Of a stretch of 64,000 bases of DNA, positions 19,348 to 28,415 are shown piece by piece; positions within the stretch are counted from its first letter, which is position 1; the number at the start of each line of letters is the position of its first letter. The stretch comes from Thermodesulfovibrionales bacterium (GTDB lineage: Bacteria > Nitrospirota > Thermodesulfovibrionia > Thermodesulfovibrionales > SM23-35), in NCBI GenBank assembly GCA_963715195.1, contig CAVQRT010000007.1, forward strand, positions 160,001 to 224,000. Direction: 5' to 3'. The position numbers and the translations under genes were made by a program. A model generated the notes under the pieces. The model saw only the letters and a list, made by a program, of their open reading frames with translations, was not told where the DNA came from and searched no databases.

Positions 19348-19944
19348 ATGGCAATCAATAGAAAAATTGCACCTTTCTTCGCGATTTGTCTATTCTTCCT
19401 TGCTCCGCAGGTCTTCGGTGCTTCAGAGCAGTTCAAAGGGATGGTATATGACACGGGAACTCTTACACCAGTTGACAGCATAGCAATCCTCAAAACCGGC
19501 ATGAAAGCTCCCGACTTCACGCTTCCATCCATATCAGGAGAGAAGGTTACCCTGAGCCGGTATCAGGGGAAAAAGAATGTCGTAATCTCTTTTGTCCCCG
19601 CAGCATGGACGCCTGTCTGTTCAGACCAGTGGCCTGGATACAATATAACGAAAAGTTTTTTTGATAAATATCATGCCGTTCTTCTCGGCATTACCGTTGA
19701 CAATATACCGACGCTGTTTGCATGGACACAGGAAATGGGAGGCGTCTGGTTCCCGGTGCTGTCGGACTTTTATCCGCACGGTGCCGTATCCCAGAAATAC
19801 GGAGTTCTTCGTTCAAGCGGAGTCTCCGAAAGAGCCCTGTTTGTCATCGACAAACAGGGACTTATCCGCTATATCGATGTTCATGATATTAACAGGAGAC
19901 CTCCCTTTGAAGCGTTAGTGAAGGAACTTGAGAAGCTTGAATAA
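19348..19944 (+). CDS. exported peroxiredoxin (AhpC/TSA, AhpE-like)
   Basis: KAPDFTL, PAAWTPVC (PxxxTxxC), LSDF.PHG, ERALFVID; signal peptide. Confidence 0.9.
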   Translation: MAINRKIAPFFAICLFFLAPQVFGASEQFKGMVYDTGTLTPVDSIAILKTGMKAPDFTLPSISGEKVTLSRYQGKKNVVISFVPAAWTPVCSDQWPGYNITKSFFDKYHAVLLGITVDNIPTLFAWTQEMGGVWFPVLSDFYPHGAVSQKYGVLRSSGVSERALFVIDKQGLIRYIDVHDINRRPPFEALVKELEKLE

Positions 19945-20503
19945 GAGACGTCTTACAATCCTTCTTGTATTTCTCTTTGCGTCTGCTTTTTCTCTGAGTC
20001 AGATATACGCGAATGGAATGTCGCTGCCGAAAGCTGGATATCTTCCGAAAATATTCTTTAAAGATTCTGCGTCAATCGAGGCGATGAAATACCTCGGGCT
20101 ATCCCGAAAGAAGAATTTCTCACTGGACGATATGCACGGATCACTTTTTGTCATTGAGGTATTCAACACTTACTGTACTACGTGTCCAAGAAATGTGCCG
20201 GTCCTGAACGATGTTTATGCTGCTGTCGAAAAGAATGCTGAGGAAAAGAGAACAATAAAAGTCTTCGGTATTGCTATCGGGAATACCGAAAAAGAGGCCG
20301 GGGATTATAAAACACGCCACAACGTCCTTTTCCCGGTATTGACTGATTACGATTTTTCAATCCATAGCACTTTGGGCAATCCAAGGGTTCCCTATACGCT
20401 CTATCTCAAAAAGACTGCAAAGGGATATCTTGTTGTCGACACTCATCAGGGTGTCCTCGATTCAGCAGTGGCCTTTCTGGAAAAAGTGCGCATGCTGAAT
20501 TGA
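19928..20503 (+). CDS. exported TlpA-like redoxin (CTTC)
   Basis: IEVFNTYCTTC, FPVLTD, VPYT; paralogous to 18759..19334; start uncertain. Confidence 0.8.
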   Translation: MRSLNKRRLTILLVFLFASAFSLSQIYANGMSLPKAGYLPKIFFKDSASIEAMKYLGLSRKKNFSLDDMHGSLFVIEVFNTYCTTCPRNVPVLNDVYAAVEKNAEEKRTIKVFGIAIGNTEKEAGDYKTRHNVLFPVLTDYDFSIHSTLGNPRVPYTLYLKKTAKGYLVVDTHQGVLDSAVAFLEKVRMLN

Positions 20504-20543
20504 CATGCTGTATTTTTTACAGCGCTGCCGGAGGAGGGAACAA

Positions 20544-21110
20544 ATGAAACGCTTTATCCTGATCGTATGCATGATCTTGTCTGCAGGGTGTGCCTCGTTC
20601 ACCGTCAATTACGATTTCGATCCTGAATCAGATTTTACCCGTTTTAAGACCTATGCCTGGTCACCACCCTCGGAAAAATCAACAATAAGCGAACTGTCAG
20701 CGAAACGCATTAAGATCGCTGTGGACAAGCAATTGGCAGCCAAGGGACTCACATCAGTGTCAGAGAATCCTGATATGTTTGTTGTCATGTTTGCAGGGAG
20801 GGAAAAAAGAGTCGATGTTCAGGAATGGGGTTATGGGTACGATGACCGGGATTACCGCGATAATATCTGGCATCCGGGAAGACCCCCTGTTTTGCCTGAG
20901 AGACGCGATTTTTTTGAATACCGGCGAGGGGTTGATTCCTATGAATACGAGGTCGGTTCGCTCGTGATTGATTTCGTCGATGCACACAAGAAGGAACTCG
21001 TATGGAGGGGAACCGCATCCGGCATCATTGATCCGAGCAAAACCGCAGAACAGATCCATAACGTAATCGCCAAAATGCTTGGGAATTTCCCGCCGCCAAA
21101 GGGACAATGA
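20544..21110 (+). CDS. DUF4136-like lipoprotein
   Basis: Lipobox SAGC; DFD...DF..FKTYAW; G.LVIDFVDA..KELVWRG; GGAGG RBS. Confidence 0.85.
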   Translation: MKRFILIVCMILSAGCASFTVNYDFDPESDFTRFKTYAWSPPSEKSTISELSAKRIKIAVDKQLAAKGLTSVSENPDMFVVMFAGREKRVDVQEWGYGYDDRDYRDNIWHPGRPPVLPERRDFFEYRRGVDSYEYEVGSLVIDFVDAHKKELVWRGTASGIIDPSKTAEQIHNVIAKMLGNFPPPKGQ

Positions 21111-21134
21111 ACAAACCTGGTCTGTTCAATACCT

Positions 21135-21497
21135 TCAATACTTCATTGCCTTGTTCGTACCGAAGAGGCTGCTGATCTGCAGGTGAACCTTCATGTTCAT
21201 CTGCGATGCTTTACAGTGGCTGCAAATGTAATTGAGGAAGTAATCATCTGACTTTCCGATGTTGACAGCGAGCTTTAATCCATTGTACGTAAAACTCTTT
21301 TCCCCGCTGCATGCCTGATGTCCGCAATAAAACCGGATGTCCGGTGTTGCGATGTTGAAAAAGGGCCCATCAATCTCTATTACGTCTTTGACGGAGCACA
21401 CTTTCCCGGGGGGACTTTTTTCGAGGAATGAAATCCACGAAACAGGACCTGCCTCAGAGGGGCGGTCTATTTGATGTAATAGCCGGATACCCGCCAT
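21135..21497 (-). CDS. hypothetical Cys-containing protein
   Basis: Possible ATG 21497 with AAGGA RBS inside DUF4019 3' end; C-x4-C and C-x2-C motifs. Confidence 0.4.
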   Translation of the reverse strand: MAGIRLLHQIDRPSEAGPVSWISFLEKSPPGKVCSVKDVIEIDGPFFNIATPDIRFYCGHQACSGEKSFTYNGLKLAVNIGKSDDYFLNYICSHCKASQMNMKVHLQISSLFGTNKAMKY

Positions 21498-21895
21498 TTG
21501 CCGTCCTTGTCCAGCATGGGGGTAATGGTCTCGATTGAGGATTTTTTGTTGGCAAAATATGTTTCGTATTGTATGACGACGTATTCGCCGTCCGGCGCTC
21601 CCGGCAAGCTTGTTGCATACTGCTTTGATTTTACCGTCCTTTTGACAACTTTGCCGAGAGGTTTTCGGACCGCGCTCAGGGATTGATGCCACAGCTCCTT
21701 GCTGAGAGCATCCCTGAAATAGTGAGCAGCTTCTTCCCAGCTCTCTGCGTACTTTCCATTATCGACCAATGTCAGCCATGCCCGGGATGCCTCAAGTGCC
21801 TTCTGCACAGCGTTCTCATGCGCAAGTGCCGGTATGCCTGAAACGAAAACAACCAGTACCGATAGTATGGCGAAAAAACTTTTTTTTCGGTTCAT
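21467..21895 (-). CDS. DUF4019-like exported protein
   Basis: A..WL.LVD.GKY.ESW, R.PLG, LPGAPDGEYVVIQY.T.F, WRVSGYYIK. Confidence 0.88.
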   Translation of the reverse strand: MNRKKSFFAILSVLVVFVSGIPALAHENAVQKALEASRAWLTLVDNGKYAESWEEAAHYFRDALSKELWHQSLSAVRKPLGKVVKRTVKSKQYATSLPGAPDGEYVVIQYETYFANKKSSIETITPMLDKDGKWRVSGYYIK

Positions 21896-21924
21896 TGCAT
21901 GATCTTTGCCATAAAGCGTTTCTA

Positions 21925-22101
21925 TTACTGACTGGTTTCAGTATGTTCCGGAATTAATGCTTCAGATTCCACAGGCTCAGATTCCACAGGCGTTGTGTCA
22001 CCTTTGCTTAACCGCTTCTGACGCTTTACTTCCTGCTTCTTCTGTCTCTTCAATTCTTTTTTTCTTTTGTCGCTTTTATACATACCTGAACGCTTTGCCA
22101 A
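21925..22101 (-). CDS. 58-aa basic small protein (not in ORF track)
   Basis: GGGGG RBS + TTG; MAKRSGMYKSDKRKKELKRQKKQEVKRQKRLSKGDTTPVESEPVESEALIPEHTETSQ. Confidence 0.75.
   Translation of the reverse strand: MAKRSGMYKSDKRKKELKRQKKQEVKRQKRLSKGDTTPVESEPVESEALIPEHTETSQ
21962..21991. repeat. perfect 15-bp tandem duplication
   Basis: TCAGATTCCACAGGC x2; in frame (PVESE x2) in the small protein. Confidence 0.9.
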
Positions 22102-22132
22102 AATGTCCCCCTAATTAATGAATAAACAGTCT

Positions 22133-22336
22133 TCAGTCTTTTTTGACCTGTCTTTTCAACCGTACCCCCTTCATTTTATTCTTCTGTGCCTGCCGCTGTT
22201 TTGTTTTCATTTTGACCGATGGCTTTTCATAGAAGACTTTTTTCTTCAGATCTGCCATGAGGCCTTCTTTCTGAAGTTTTCTCTTGAGAACTTTTAAGGC
22301 TTTTTCGAGGTCTTTGCCATCTACCTTTATCTCCAA
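22133..22336 (-). CDS. rpsU: 30S ribosomal protein S21
   Basis: LEKALK.LKRK.QKEG...LKKK.FYEKPS; TTG start overlapping RRM gene. Confidence 0.92.
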   Translation of the reverse strand: MEIKVDGKDLEKALKVLKRKLQKEGLMADLKKKVFYEKPSVKMKTKQRQAQKNKMKGVRLKRQVKKD

Positions 22337-22650
22337 CCGCCTGATCCTCTTCTTCCGGAAGACCTTCCCTGTCCGGACCTTCCGGCATCTCTTCCTCTTG
22401 CGGTCTGCGGCCGTGCTTCGCTTACGTTCAGAGTTCTTTCCATGAATTCACTGCCATTGAGCTCCGCGACAGCCTTATCTGCATCTTCATTCGAGGACAT
22501 CTCGACAAAACCAAACCCTTTCGGGCGTCCCGTCATGTTATCCATGATTATCTTTACAGACTCAATCTCGCCGAATTTCTCGAACAACTGGCGCACGTCA
22601 TCCTCACTGGCTCTATATGAGAGATTGCCTACATAAATCTTCTTTGACAT
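22327..22650 (-). CDS. RRM RNA-binding protein
   Basis: RNP2 IYVGNL, RNP1 KGFGFVEM, Gly/Arg-rich tail. Confidence 0.96.
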   Translation of the reverse strand: MSKKIYVGNLSYRASEDDVRQLFEKFGEIESVKIIMDNMTGRPKGFGFVEMSSNEDADKAVAELNGSEFMERTLNVSEARPQTARGRDAGRSGQGRSSGRRGSGGWR

Positions 22651-22839
22651 CGGTTCTCCTTCCGGTATCTTTGATATTGATGCTCTTTACCCTTTGCGGC
22701 AAATATCACAGGGATGAAAAAAGGCCTCCTTTCCTGCACACTGTTTTGAAGTTCAAGGAGTACATGTCATAAGAAATTCAGTAATGACTCAAGGACTTGC
22801 GACCTCAACATAACAAAATACTCCGTTCGCTCAGCGCTT

Positions 22840-22869
22840 AGCATAACACAGGAAAAAACTGGCAGTCAA
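22840..22869 (-). promoter_or_regulatory. sigma70 promoter of RRM-rpsU operon
   Basis: TTGACT-18 bp-TATGCT with TG extension; implies a leader of about 180 nt. Confidence 0.6.
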
Positions 22870-22934
22870 TTGCAGAAGATTTACAGAATATTCTTGTCAT
22901 GATTGTTTCCATTTCTTATACTAAGAATATTTTT

Positions 22935-23528
22935 ATGCAACAGGGAATTATAGAAAATCTTATTGCGCAGCTCACAAAGCTCCCCGGGATAGGAAGAAAA
23001 ACCGCTCAGCGGCTTGCCTTTTTTATTCTGTCGATGCCTGCAGAAGATGCTCGCGGACTCTCACAGGCAATAAACGAGGTAAAGGACCGCGCACGCTTCT
23101 GCAGGGTGTGCTTTAACATCACTGACAGCGATGTATGTTCCATCTGCGATAATCCCTCACGGGACAGGAGCAGGGTATGTGTTGTAGAAGAACCGAGCAA
23201 TATCCTTGTCATTGAGAGGTCGAGAGGGTTTGAAGGACTGTATCACGTTCTGCTTGGCGCCCTTTCACCGATCGATGGGCTGACTCCCGACAGGCTTAAA
23301 ATGAATGAGCTGATTGAACGGGTCAGAAACAACTCGATTCAGGAGATTATCATCGCAACAAACCCGAATACCAAAGGAGAAATGACGGCCCAGTATATTC
23401 GTGAGCTCTTGAAACCGTTTCCGGTTAAAGTGACACGGATTGCCTACGGGCTTCCCATCGGCGGCGATATCGAGTTTGCAGACGAAGTAACCCTCGGCAA
23501 AGCACTCGAAGGCAGAAGAGAAATGTAG
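22935..23528 (+). CDS. recR: recombination mediator RecR
   Basis: LPGIGRKTAQRLAF, C4 Zn finger, Toprim domain, RIAYGLP.GGD.EFAD. Confidence 0.97.
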   Translation: MQQGIIENLIAQLTKLPGIGRKTAQRLAFFILSMPAEDARGLSQAINEVKDRARFCRVCFNITDSDVCSICDNPSRDRSRVCVVEEPSNILVIERSRGFEGLYHVLLGALSPIDGLTPDRLKMNELIERVRNNSIQEIIIATNPNTKGEMTAQYIRELLKPFPVKVTRIAYGLPIGGDIEFADEVTLGKALEGRREM

Positions 23529-23577
23529 GGGGAGAGATGCGTCTCACGCAATGTATGCTTCTGGTTGTAAAGGTGTT

Positions 23578-24690
23578 CTATATCGATACAGGATTCCTAT
23601 ACTCCTCCGTTATAAAATGTTCTTCCTGAAAATTATTGTTCAGGAGAACACTTTCAAGAATCTTGTTTCTTTCTTCTCTCTGCTTTTTTTCGGTGCTCGT
23701 CTTAACTGAATTCTTCAGATAGAGGAAGGCTTCGGCGTACGAATCATCGTTTTGGTCTCTGAGGAAGGCATCTAGATCCTTTTCTTTTGAGACGCTTATT
23801 ACTTTCTTCATAAAGTCAGCATATTGAGAAGCCATGGCTGAAGGAGATGTCAAACGATGCTGATTCAGGGCAATAAAAGCCCAGAGACTGTAAATATTGT
23901 TTAATCCCTTTGCATATTTCGAGACTGCGGCATTGTGTGCTTCCATATTCAGAATATACTTTTTTGTGGACTGGAGTCTGTTTGCAAATGCAAGCTCATC
24001 AAAATCTACCACTGTCTCTTCCGGAGAATCATATTCTGCATAGAGATCATCAAGCAAGTCCTGGTCATAACCGAGAATGCGGTTCTTCAGAAGAACAGCG
24101 AGGAGTTCCGATATAAGCTGAACGTCTTTCATCCTCCTCAATCGCGCCTTGGTCGCGATACCAAACCGTTCCCATTCTTCCTGTTCTGCTTCTTTCTCGG
24201 CCACCCTGATAAACCATCCATCGTATCTGGCATGCCGCATTTCTTGACGCTCAAGCTTCCTCGAATTCCTGTTGAGCCGGTCAAACACCTCATTAATGAC
24301 TATGCTGTCTTCGATATCCATGAATTCGACCGGTAAAGCGTAGCGGAGAAACTGCGTATTCAGATCCAGATCATGTTCGATCTGCTTCCACTTTTTTCCG
24401 TTCAGCTTCTCGTTTCCATAATCCTTATCCATTGCGATAGCATTTTCAAAATATTGAATGACTGTTTCGAGGCGCTGTTTTCCGTCCACGACATGGTAGA
24501 TCATTCTTCCCTGTTCCGAATCGATTTCCTTATGGAGAAAGACGGCAGGGCTCGGGTAATTCCGGAAAATCGTATCGAGGAAGAATTTCCTGTCCTTCAA
24601 TGTCCAGACACTCCTCCGTTGATACGGAGGATCAAGATTCAGTTGACCGTTCTGATAGAGGTCGAGAAACCAGGTAATATCTCGTTTCAT
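23578..24690 (-). CDS. DUF262 (ParB/Srx-fold, GmrS-like) domain protein
   Basis: PPYQRRSVW, VVDGKQRL, VFDRLNR. Confidence 0.9.
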   Translation of the reverse strand: MKRDITWFLDLYQNGQLNLDPPYQRRSVWTLKDRKFFLDTIFRNYPSPAVFLHKEIDSEQGRMIYHVVDGKQRLETVIQYFENAIAMDKDYGNEKLNGKKWKQIEHDLDLNTQFLRYALPVEFMDIEDSIVINEVFDRLNRNSRKLERQEMRHARYDGWFIRVAEKEAEQEEWERFGIATKARLRRMKDVQLISELLAVLLKNRILGYDQDLLDDLYAEYDSPEETVVDFDELAFANRLQSTKKYILNMEAHNAAVSKYAKGLNNIYSLWAFIALNQHRLTSPSAMASQYADFMKKVISVSKEKDLDAFLRDQNDDSYAEAFLYLKNSVKTSTEKKQREERNKILESVLLNNNFQEEHFITEEYRNPVSI

Positions 24691-24727
24691 AACATTCTCC
24701 TTTTTTCACTGAAATTTCATGTATGCA

Positions 24728-26044
24728 TTATGCCGGATGTATCTTTTCACGCCATTTCCTGGCTTTACATAAAATCTCCCCCTCATCAGCGGTCAGGAGA
24801 TTTCTGTCGTTGATAACCATCTTCCCGTTCACCATGACAGCCTCTACATCCGAAGCCATGGCACTATACACAATATGAGAATAGATGTTATAAAGAGGCG
24901 TCATATGAGGCTTATTGAGATCCATTACGATAATATCGGCGATTTTCCCCTGCTCAATGCTCCCGATCAGATCACCGAGGCCTAATACCTCGGAACCCCA
25001 TCTGGTTGCCATCAGCAGGGCTGTTTTTGCATCGAGAACCGTCGGATCACTCGAGAGTGCTTTATGAATTTTTGCTGTGGTAGACATTTCACTCAGGATG
25101 TTCAGGTCATTGTTGCTTGCTGCGCCGTCGGTACCGAATGATATCTTCACGCCTGCGGACAGCATGGATACGACAGGTGCGAATCCTGAGGCGAGCTTCA
25201 AGTTGCTTTCCATGCAGTGAGAAACGCCCACCTTATGCTTTGCGAGGAGTTCGATTTCGTGGTCATGCAGCCATATGCAGTGGGCAGCCAGTACTGATTC
25301 ATCCAGAAAGCCGAGTTCTGCGAGATATTCAACCGGTCTCTTATGGTATCTGGCCATAACCTCCCCTACCTCCCACTGCGTTTCGGAGAGATGAATATGC
25401 AGGGGAACATGCAATATTTCTGCGAGGGTTTTAGATTTCTTCAGGGTCTCAGGCCCGCACGTATAGAGTGCATGGGGAGCGATGCAGGGGGTTATGAGTT
25501 CATCATCCTTCCATTTTCGTACGAACTGTTTGGCGTTTTCGAGATATTCATCAGCCGTCTGCGCAGAAACCGAGGGAAAATCGAGGATTCCGCTACCCAG
25601 GACAGCCCTCATGCCGATACGTTTTGATGACTCACCTGCAGCATCTTCAAAAAAGTACATATCATTATAGGTGGTGATACCACCCTTCAGCATCTCCAGA
25701 CATGCCAGCTCAACGGCATCGGAGACAAACGCAGGGCTCAACCAGGAATTCTCTGCGGGCCAGATATGATTATTCAGCCAATCCGTCAGCGGCAGATCGT
25801 CGGCTATCCCTCTGAAATATACCATTGCAGCATGGGTGTGCGTGTTAACGAACCCGGGAAGGACCACCTTTCCGGTTCCATGTAATATTGTTTGAGCAAG
25901 GTACTTGCCGGATATATCCTCGGAATCCCCGACATCAAGGATTTTATTGTCCCGTATCGCAACTGCGCCTTTTTCGATTACGGTAAGGGATTGATCCATG
26001 GTGAGGATATAATCGCCACAGATAATATGATCAGCCGGTATCAT
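24728..26044 (-). CDS. mtaD: 5-methylthioadenosine/SAH deaminase (amidohydrolase)
   Basis: PGFVNTHTH, PHALYT, HIHLSET, ESNLKLASG, GTDGAASNN. Confidence 0.85.
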   Translation of the reverse strand: MIPADHIICGDYILTMDQSLTVIEKGAVAIRDNKILDVGDSEDISGKYLAQTILHGTGKVVLPGFVNTHTHAAMVYFRGIADDLPLTDWLNNHIWPAENSWLSPAFVSDAVELACLEMLKGGITTYNDMYFFEDAAGESSKRIGMRAVLGSGILDFPSVSAQTADEYLENAKQFVRKWKDDELITPCIAPHALYTCGPETLKKSKTLAEILHVPLHIHLSETQWEVGEVMARYHKRPVEYLAELGFLDESVLAAHCIWLHDHEIELLAKHKVGVSHCMESNLKLASGFAPVVSMLSAGVKISFGTDGAASNNDLNILSEMSTTAKIHKALSSDPTVLDAKTALLMATRWGSEVLGLGDLIGSIEQGKIADIIVMDLNKPHMTPLYNIYSHIVYSAMASDVEAVMVNGKMVINDRNLLTADEGEILCKARKWREKIHPA

Positions 26045-26094
26045 TCAGATAAATTCGGGATCCTCGAATCCTTGTCCCCTTGAACCCATATCCT

Positions 26095-27114
26095 TTACGC
26101 CATTTCGATAAGTTTCTCAGCGATCTGGACAGCGTTCAGGGCAGCGCCTTTTCTCAGGTTGTCTGCAACGATCCACAGGTTAATGCCGTTGTCGATCGTT
26201 TCGTCCTCCCGTATCCTGCCGACATATGTTTCATCCGTACCGGCAACATCGATGGGTATGGGATACAGTTTTTTATCCGGTGCATCATATACGACTACAC
26301 CGGGGGCTGAAGACAGAATTGCCCTTGCTTCATCCGGAGACAACTTATTTTCAGTCTCGATATTCAAGCTTTCGGAGTGACAACGGAAAACAGGAACCCG
26401 AACGGTAGTCGCTGTCACCCTGATCGTATCATCTCCCAAGATCTTTTGTGTCTCATTCACCATCTTCATTTCTTCCTTGGTGTAACCGTTTTCAAGAAAT
26501 ACATCGATCTGGGGAAGGACATTAAACGCTATCTGATACGGGTAGACATTACAGGCCACTTCCTTGAAATTGAGGAGGTCCGTTGTCTGCCGCATGAGTT
26601 CGTCTATCGCTTTCTGTCCGGTGCCGGAGACTGACTGAAATGTCGTTACAACCACCCTTTTGATTTTTGCCGCGTCGTGGATCGGTTTCAGCACAACTAC
26701 CATCTGGATGGTGGAGCAGTTCGGATTTGCAATGATTCCCTTGTGCCACCTCAGATCATGCGGGTTCACCTCGGGGACGACGAGGGGTATTTCAGGGTCC
26801 ATTCTCCACTGGCTCGAGTTGTCGACGACAACACATCCTGACCGTGCCGCAACTGGAGCCCATATTCTTGATCTCTCTGCACCTGCCGAAAACAGTGCAA
26901 TGTCAATACCTGCAAACGACCTGTCATTGAGCGTTTCAACTGGTATAGTCGTATCTCCAAATTCTATATGTTTCCCTTCTGACCGTTCTGAGGCAAAGAG
27001 CCTCAGTGTCTCTATAGGGAACGATCTCGCTTCAAGCGTCCTGACCATCTCCGTTCCAACCGCACCGGTTGCTCCAACAACGGCTGTCACATATTTCCCC
27101 TTTTTTTTGAGCAT
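26095..27114 (-). CDS. asd: aspartate-semialdehyde dehydrogenase
   Basis: VVGATGAVG, DNSS.WR, ANPNCSTIQ, DNLRKGAALNAVQI. Confidence 0.97.
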   Translation of the reverse strand: MLKKKGKYVTAVVGATGAVGTEMVRTLEARSFPIETLRLFASERSEGKHIEFGDTTIPVETLNDRSFAGIDIALFSAGAERSRIWAPVAARSGCVVVDNSSQWRMDPEIPLVVPEVNPHDLRWHKGIIANPNCSTIQMVVVLKPIHDAAKIKRVVVTTFQSVSGTGQKAIDELMRQTTDLLNFKEVACNVYPYQIAFNVLPQIDVFLENGYTKEEMKMVNETQKILGDDTIRVTATTVRVPVFRCHSESLNIETENKLSPDEARAILSSAPGVVVYDAPDKKLYPIPIDVAGTDETYVGRIREDETIDNGINLWIVADNLRKGAALNAVQIAEKLIEMA

Positions 27115-27261
27115 AGAAGGATATCCTCCGTTCCGGGATGATGTCGTGAATAATGAATGACTTATTATAATCATTGACTCCGAAAAAACAATACCGGATG
27201 CGGATTGCTAATTCCCGTGAAAAGAAATTAAAATGGTCAATTATGTCAGTGAGGAGGGCGA

Positions 27262-28167
27262 ATGGGGTTTTTTGATCGATTGAAAGAGAGCCTGACAAAG
27301 ACTCGAAAAGGCTTTGTTGAGAAAGTTGAGACATTGTTTGCAGGACGGAAAATTGATGAATCAACACTTGAAGAGCTGGAGGAAATTCTGATCATGTCCG
27401 ATGTGGGAGCGACAGCGGCAGCGGATATTGTGACGGTCATTCGTGAGAAGGCAGGAAAAGGAGAGGCAAAGGATGTCGAGAGTGTAAAGGAGTTACTAAA
27501 AAGAGAAATGACAGACATGCTTGGGGATATGCAACCCATAGCAAATTCCGGAAAAAGCCCCTTTGTAATCCTTGCCGTCGGGGTGAACGGCGTAGGCAAG
27601 ACAACTACGATCGGAAAACTTGCCAGCAGATTTCACTCGCAGGGACTTTCCGTGCTCCTCGCTGCAGGAGACACCTTTCGTGCAGCAGGAATAGAACAGC
27701 TCGAGATATGGTCACAAAGAGCGGGCACTCAGATTGTCAAACACCAAAGGGGGTCGGATCCCGCGGCAGTCGCTTTCGATGCAGTTTCTGCAGCGGTGAG
27801 CAGAAACAGCGACATCGTTATCATTGATACTGCCGGAAGACTCCATACCAAGAGCAACCTCATGGAGGAACTGAAAAAGGTCAGACGCTCAATCGACAAG
27901 GCGATGCCCGGTGCCCCCCACGAGACCCTGCTGGTTGTTGATGCAACAACAGGGCAGAATGCACTCAGGCAGGCCGAGATGTTTCACGAGGCGGTCGGGA
28001 TTACCGGAATTGCCCTGACAAAACTTGACGGCACTGCCAAGGGTGGAATCATCTTTGCCATCAGAAAAGGGCTCGGGATTCCGGTGCGTCTTATCGGGAT
28101 AGGTGAAGGGATTGACGACCTCAGGGATTTTGAACCGAAAGAATTTGTAGAGGCACTTTTTTCATAA
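27262..28167 (+). CDS. ftsY: SRP receptor FtsY (NG domain, no long acidic region)
   Basis: [31 protein letters not shown]. Confidence 0.98.
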   Translation: MGFFDRLKESLTKTRKGFVEKVETLFAGRKIDESTLEELEEILIMSDVGATAAADIVTVIREKAGKGEAKDVESVKELLKREMTDMLGDMQPIANSGKSPFVILAVGVNGVGKTTTIGKLASRFHSQGLSVLLAAGDTFRAAGIEQLEIWSQRAGTQIVKHQRGSDPAAVAFDAVSAAVSRNSDIVIIDTAGRLHTKSNLMEELKKVRRSIDKAMPGAPHETLLVVDATTGQNALRQAEMFHEAVGITGIALTKLDGTAKGGIIFAIRKGLGIPVRLIGIGEGIDDLRDFEPKEFVEALFS

Positions 28168-28236
28168 ATGTGAACTGATTTTTGTCCGGAAGGCTGAAGG
28201 ATACGGAAAATTCTTCAGATATACTGTGGTCTGCGA

Positions 28237-28410
28237 ATGAAATACCTCATCATCTTTTTTCTTATCATCATTTTGATCGGCATTCTTGCCAACCGTGAAC
28301 TTGCCAGAGACAGAAAGAGAATTAATCAGATGTTGAGGGAATATTCATTTAGAACTTATTCACCTGATGAAGACGAAGAGATTCATCCTGAAAAAAAAGG
28401 GGGAAAGTGA
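28237..28410 (+). CDS. 57-aa single-TM small protein (not in ORF track)
   Basis: MKYLIIFFLIIILIGILANRELARDRKRINQMLREYSFRTYSPDEDEEIHPEKKGGK; weak RBS. Confidence 0.55.
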   Translation: MKYLIIFFLIIILIGILANRELARDRKRINQMLREYSFRTYSPDEDEEIHPEKKGGK

Positions 28411-28415
28411 GCGGT

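Noticed and set aside
19600..19625. Selenocysteine in the peroxiredoxin active site
   Set aside because: Codon is TGT (Cys)
21962..21991. Tandem repeat as CRISPR or regulatory repeat
   Set aside because: Two adjacent copies, no spacer, in-frame within a CDS
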